A DNA stretch of 64,000 nucleotides from an uncultured Pelagibacteraceae bacterium. GTDB lineage: Bacteria > Pseudomonadota > Alphaproteobacteria > Pelagibacterales > Pelagibacteraceae. Numbering within the stretch: the first letter of the stretch is position 1; each line of letters starts with the position of its first letter. The notes beneath the pieces were generated by a model, which did not search any database, was not told where the DNA came from, and saw only the letters and a program-made list of their open reading frames with translations. The stretch covers positions 49,767 through 113,766 of the forward strand of contig CACNIF010000003.1 in assembly GCA_902620465.1 (NCBI GenBank), in the 5' to 3' direction. Position numbers and translations under genes: made by a program. Shown in pieces: positions 62,975-64,000 of the stretch.

Positions 62975-64000
62975 ATGATAAAATTACAGGTTAAATACCT
63001 TAGCTTCTTTTTTGCAGTCATTTCTTTATTATCTTTTTTTAATATAATTTACTCTTATTACTTAAATTTTTACCTAAATTTAAATACTTACTATTACTGC
63101 TTAATTGCCTCTATTTTTCTTTCAGTGTTATTTTTTAAATTCAAATCCCGTGAAAAAAAATTTTCAATTTTCGATAAGATATTAACAGTTTTTTTTGGGT
63201 ATTTACTTATACCTGTTATTTTATCAATACCTTTTTATTTTAGTATTTATAATTTAACTTTTTTAAATTCTTATTTTGAGGCCATTTCTGGTTTTACATC
63301 TACCGGATTTACTATTTTTGATAACATTAAACATATAGACCAAAGTATTATTTTGTGGAGATCCTCCACTCAATGGATAGGTGGTTTATATTTTCTTTTT
63401 TCTATAATTTTTTTGATAGACATATATGACGAAAGTTTTAAAAAATCTTTAACTAATTATCTTTCATTTGATAGTAGCGAAATTTTCAAACAAGCTATTA
63501 AAATTTTTTTACTATATTCATTTTTAACATTAATCATCTTTCTAGTTTTAAACATATTTTCTGTACGAACTTTTAATTCATTAAATTTAGCATTTAGTTT
63601 AATATCATCAGGCGGCTTTTTACCTGACAATGATCTCACAAATATCATTAAAAATAACACGCAGATTATAATTCTATCTATGCTGATGTTGTTTTCCTTT
63701 TTTAGTATCTTCTTTAGTTATAATTTAGTTTTTTTAAGAAATAAAAATATTAATTTTTTTTATGAAGATCTTCATTTAATTGTATATCTGACAATAATTG
63801 TATTAATTTTTCTTTTATTTTTTAGTTATAACAAAGAATTTTCTGTAAATTTTTTGGCAATTGTGAGTAGCATGTCAAACATCGGTTTCTCACTTAAAAC
63901 TGATCAAACAAATATGAGTTTAGTGTTTTTGATTTTAGTATTAATTGGTGGATCTTTCTTTTCTACAAGTTCTGGTTTGAGATTTGTAAAAATTTATTCT
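62975..64000 (+). CDS. trkH: TrkH-family cation transporter, divergent (3' truncated; missing from ORF track)
   Basis: Manual translation open for 342 codons to the window end: YFEAISGFTSTGF, LWRSSTQWIGGL, ISSGGF, IGGSFFSTSSGLRF; follows trkA. Confidence 0.88.
   Translation, partial: MIKLQVKYLSFFFAVISLLSFFNIIYSYYLNFYLNLNTYYYCLIASIFLSVLFFKFKSREKKFSIFDKILTVFFGYLLIPVILSIPFYFSIYNLTFLNSYFEAISGFTSTGFTIFDNIKHIDQSIILWRSSTQWIGGLYFLFSIIFLIDIYDESFKKSLTNYLSFDSSEIFKQAIKIFLLYSFLTLIIFLVLNIFSVRTFNSLNLAFSLISSGGFLPDNDLTNIIKNNTQIIILSMLMLFSFFSIFFSYNLVFLRNKNINFFYEDLHLIVYLTIIVLIFLLFFSYNKEFSVNFLAIVSSMSNIGFSLKTDQTNMSLVFLILVLIGGSFFSTSSGLRFVKIYS

Noticed and set aside
1-64000. CRISPR arrays, IS elements, rRNA, riboswitches, inteins, recoding or frameshifted genes
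   Set aside because: Intergenic gaps are nearly all under 140 nt and accounted for; core proteins have no large insertions and read through with the standard code

Overview
Very AT-rich, almost gap-free core-genome segment of a streamlined alphaproteobacterium. Gene content, order and composition point to Pelagibacterales (SAR11); this is an inference, not a database result. Order: tig(partial)-clpP-clpX-lon, a small insert (39-aa membrane sORF convergent with a TPR plus glycosyltransferase-like gene), tRNA-Val/tRNA-Asp, nuoA-N, birA-coaX-rnj-DUF1467-proS-lolE-lolD-dnaE, rpsB leader RNA, rpsB-tsf-frr-uppS-cdsA-dxr-bamA-skp-fabZ-lpxD-lpxA-lpxI-lpxB, then ppiD-trpEGDC-lexA-gltX on the minus strand, tpiA-secG-pyrG-kdsA-eno-ftsB-lipA-Coq10/RatA, ispDF-pgpA-cinA on the minus strand, and ntrY-ntrX-trkA-trkH(partial). 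I found no integrase, transposase, prophage, CRISPR array, intein or frameshifted gene, and no convincing large novel system. The best leads are: the lon/tRNA-Val insert; a four-half-site LexA operator array; a Fur-like box upstream of complex I; NtrX with a natural Walker-B E-to-Q change beside a PAS-less NtrY; absence of pyrH between tsf and frr; apparent leaderless promoters (lon, nuoA, pyrG, ntrY); and gene-specific charge inversion (basic enolase).
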